The notes under the pieces were generated by a model. That model was not told where the DNA came from. It saw only the letters and a list, made by a program, of their open reading frames with translations, and searched no databases. A stretch of 64,000 nt of DNA from Camelus dromedarius (taxonomy: Eukaryota). The DNA is taken from contig NC_087436.1 in NCBI RefSeq assembly GCF_036321535.1, positions 93,436,001-93,500,000 of the forward strand. Direction: 5' to 3'. Positions 63,493-64,000 of this stretch are shown here, piece after piece (within the stretch, counting starts at the first letter, position 1; each line of letters opens with the position of its first letter). A program made the position numbers and the translations under genes.

Positions 63493-64000
63493 TGTTACTG
63501 GTAGAATTGTGTCTCTCTCCACACACACACACACACACACGCGCACACACACCCCACCCCCAAAATACCTTAAAGTTCTAACCCCTGGTACTTGTGAATG
63601 TAACCTTATTTGAAAAATGGTCTTTAAAGATGTCATCAAGTTAAGATGAGGTTGTACTGGAGGAGGGTGGGACCTTACCATTGTAACTGGTATCCTTATA
63701 AGAAGAGAAATTTGGACACAGACACAGATAGGGAGAACACCATGTGAAGACAGATACACAGACAGAGAAGAAAGATGGCTCTGTGAAGATGAAGGCAGAG
63801 GTCAGAGTTACTCTGCTACAAACCATGGCCTCCCTGGGGCTACTAGAGGCTTGAAGAGGCTAGGAAGGACCCTATCCTGGATGCTTAGGCGGGAGCATGG
63901 TCCTTACAGCATCTTGGTATCAGAATTCAAGCCTCGGGAACTGTAAGAGTACATTTCTGTTGTGTTAAGCCACACAGTTTGTGTTTGTTACAGCAGCCAC
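63493..64000 (+). mobile_element. MLT1C/D-like LTR with an internal (CA)n, running to the window edge
   Basis: tgtgaatgtaaccttatttg...tatccttataagaagag...gtgaagatgaaggcagag...ttaagccacacagtttgtg. Confidence 0.85.

Noticed and set aside
1..64000. CRISPR arrays, prokaryotic operons, rRNA genes
   Set aside because: The sequence is mammalian throughout. No regularly spaced repeat-spacer structure or foreign gene block was seen.

Overview
Mammalian genomic DNA, probably camelid: four tRNA-Ala-like SINEs match what I recall as the camelid Vic-1 family (inference). The left end holds the promoter and first three coding exons of UCHL1 on the minus strand (MQLKPMEINPE / MLNK / VLTRLG...PLTAQ) inside a CpG island. 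Two further CpG islands lie at about 44.0 kb and 45.9-47.0 kb. By synteny and a clear donor site, the second is most likely the non-coding first exon of APBB2 on the + strand, head-to-head with UCHL1; the rest of the window would then be APBB2 intron 1. The roughly 43 kb between the genes is dense in transposons. It includes a young full-length 7.1 kb LINE-1 (16-bp TSD, intact ORF1, ORF2 broken by one in-frame TAG), truncated L1s, a decayed ERV-L pro/pol segment, solo LTRs, MIR/L2/MER fossils and an apparent orphan poly(A) retro-insert. I cannot demonstrate a new biological system from sequence alone. The best leads are the almost-competent L1 and its splice/poly(A) signals, a possible UCHL1 antisense/SINEUP-like transcript, and the orphan retrocopy. 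Subfamily names and boundaries of old repeats were recognised by eye and are approximate.
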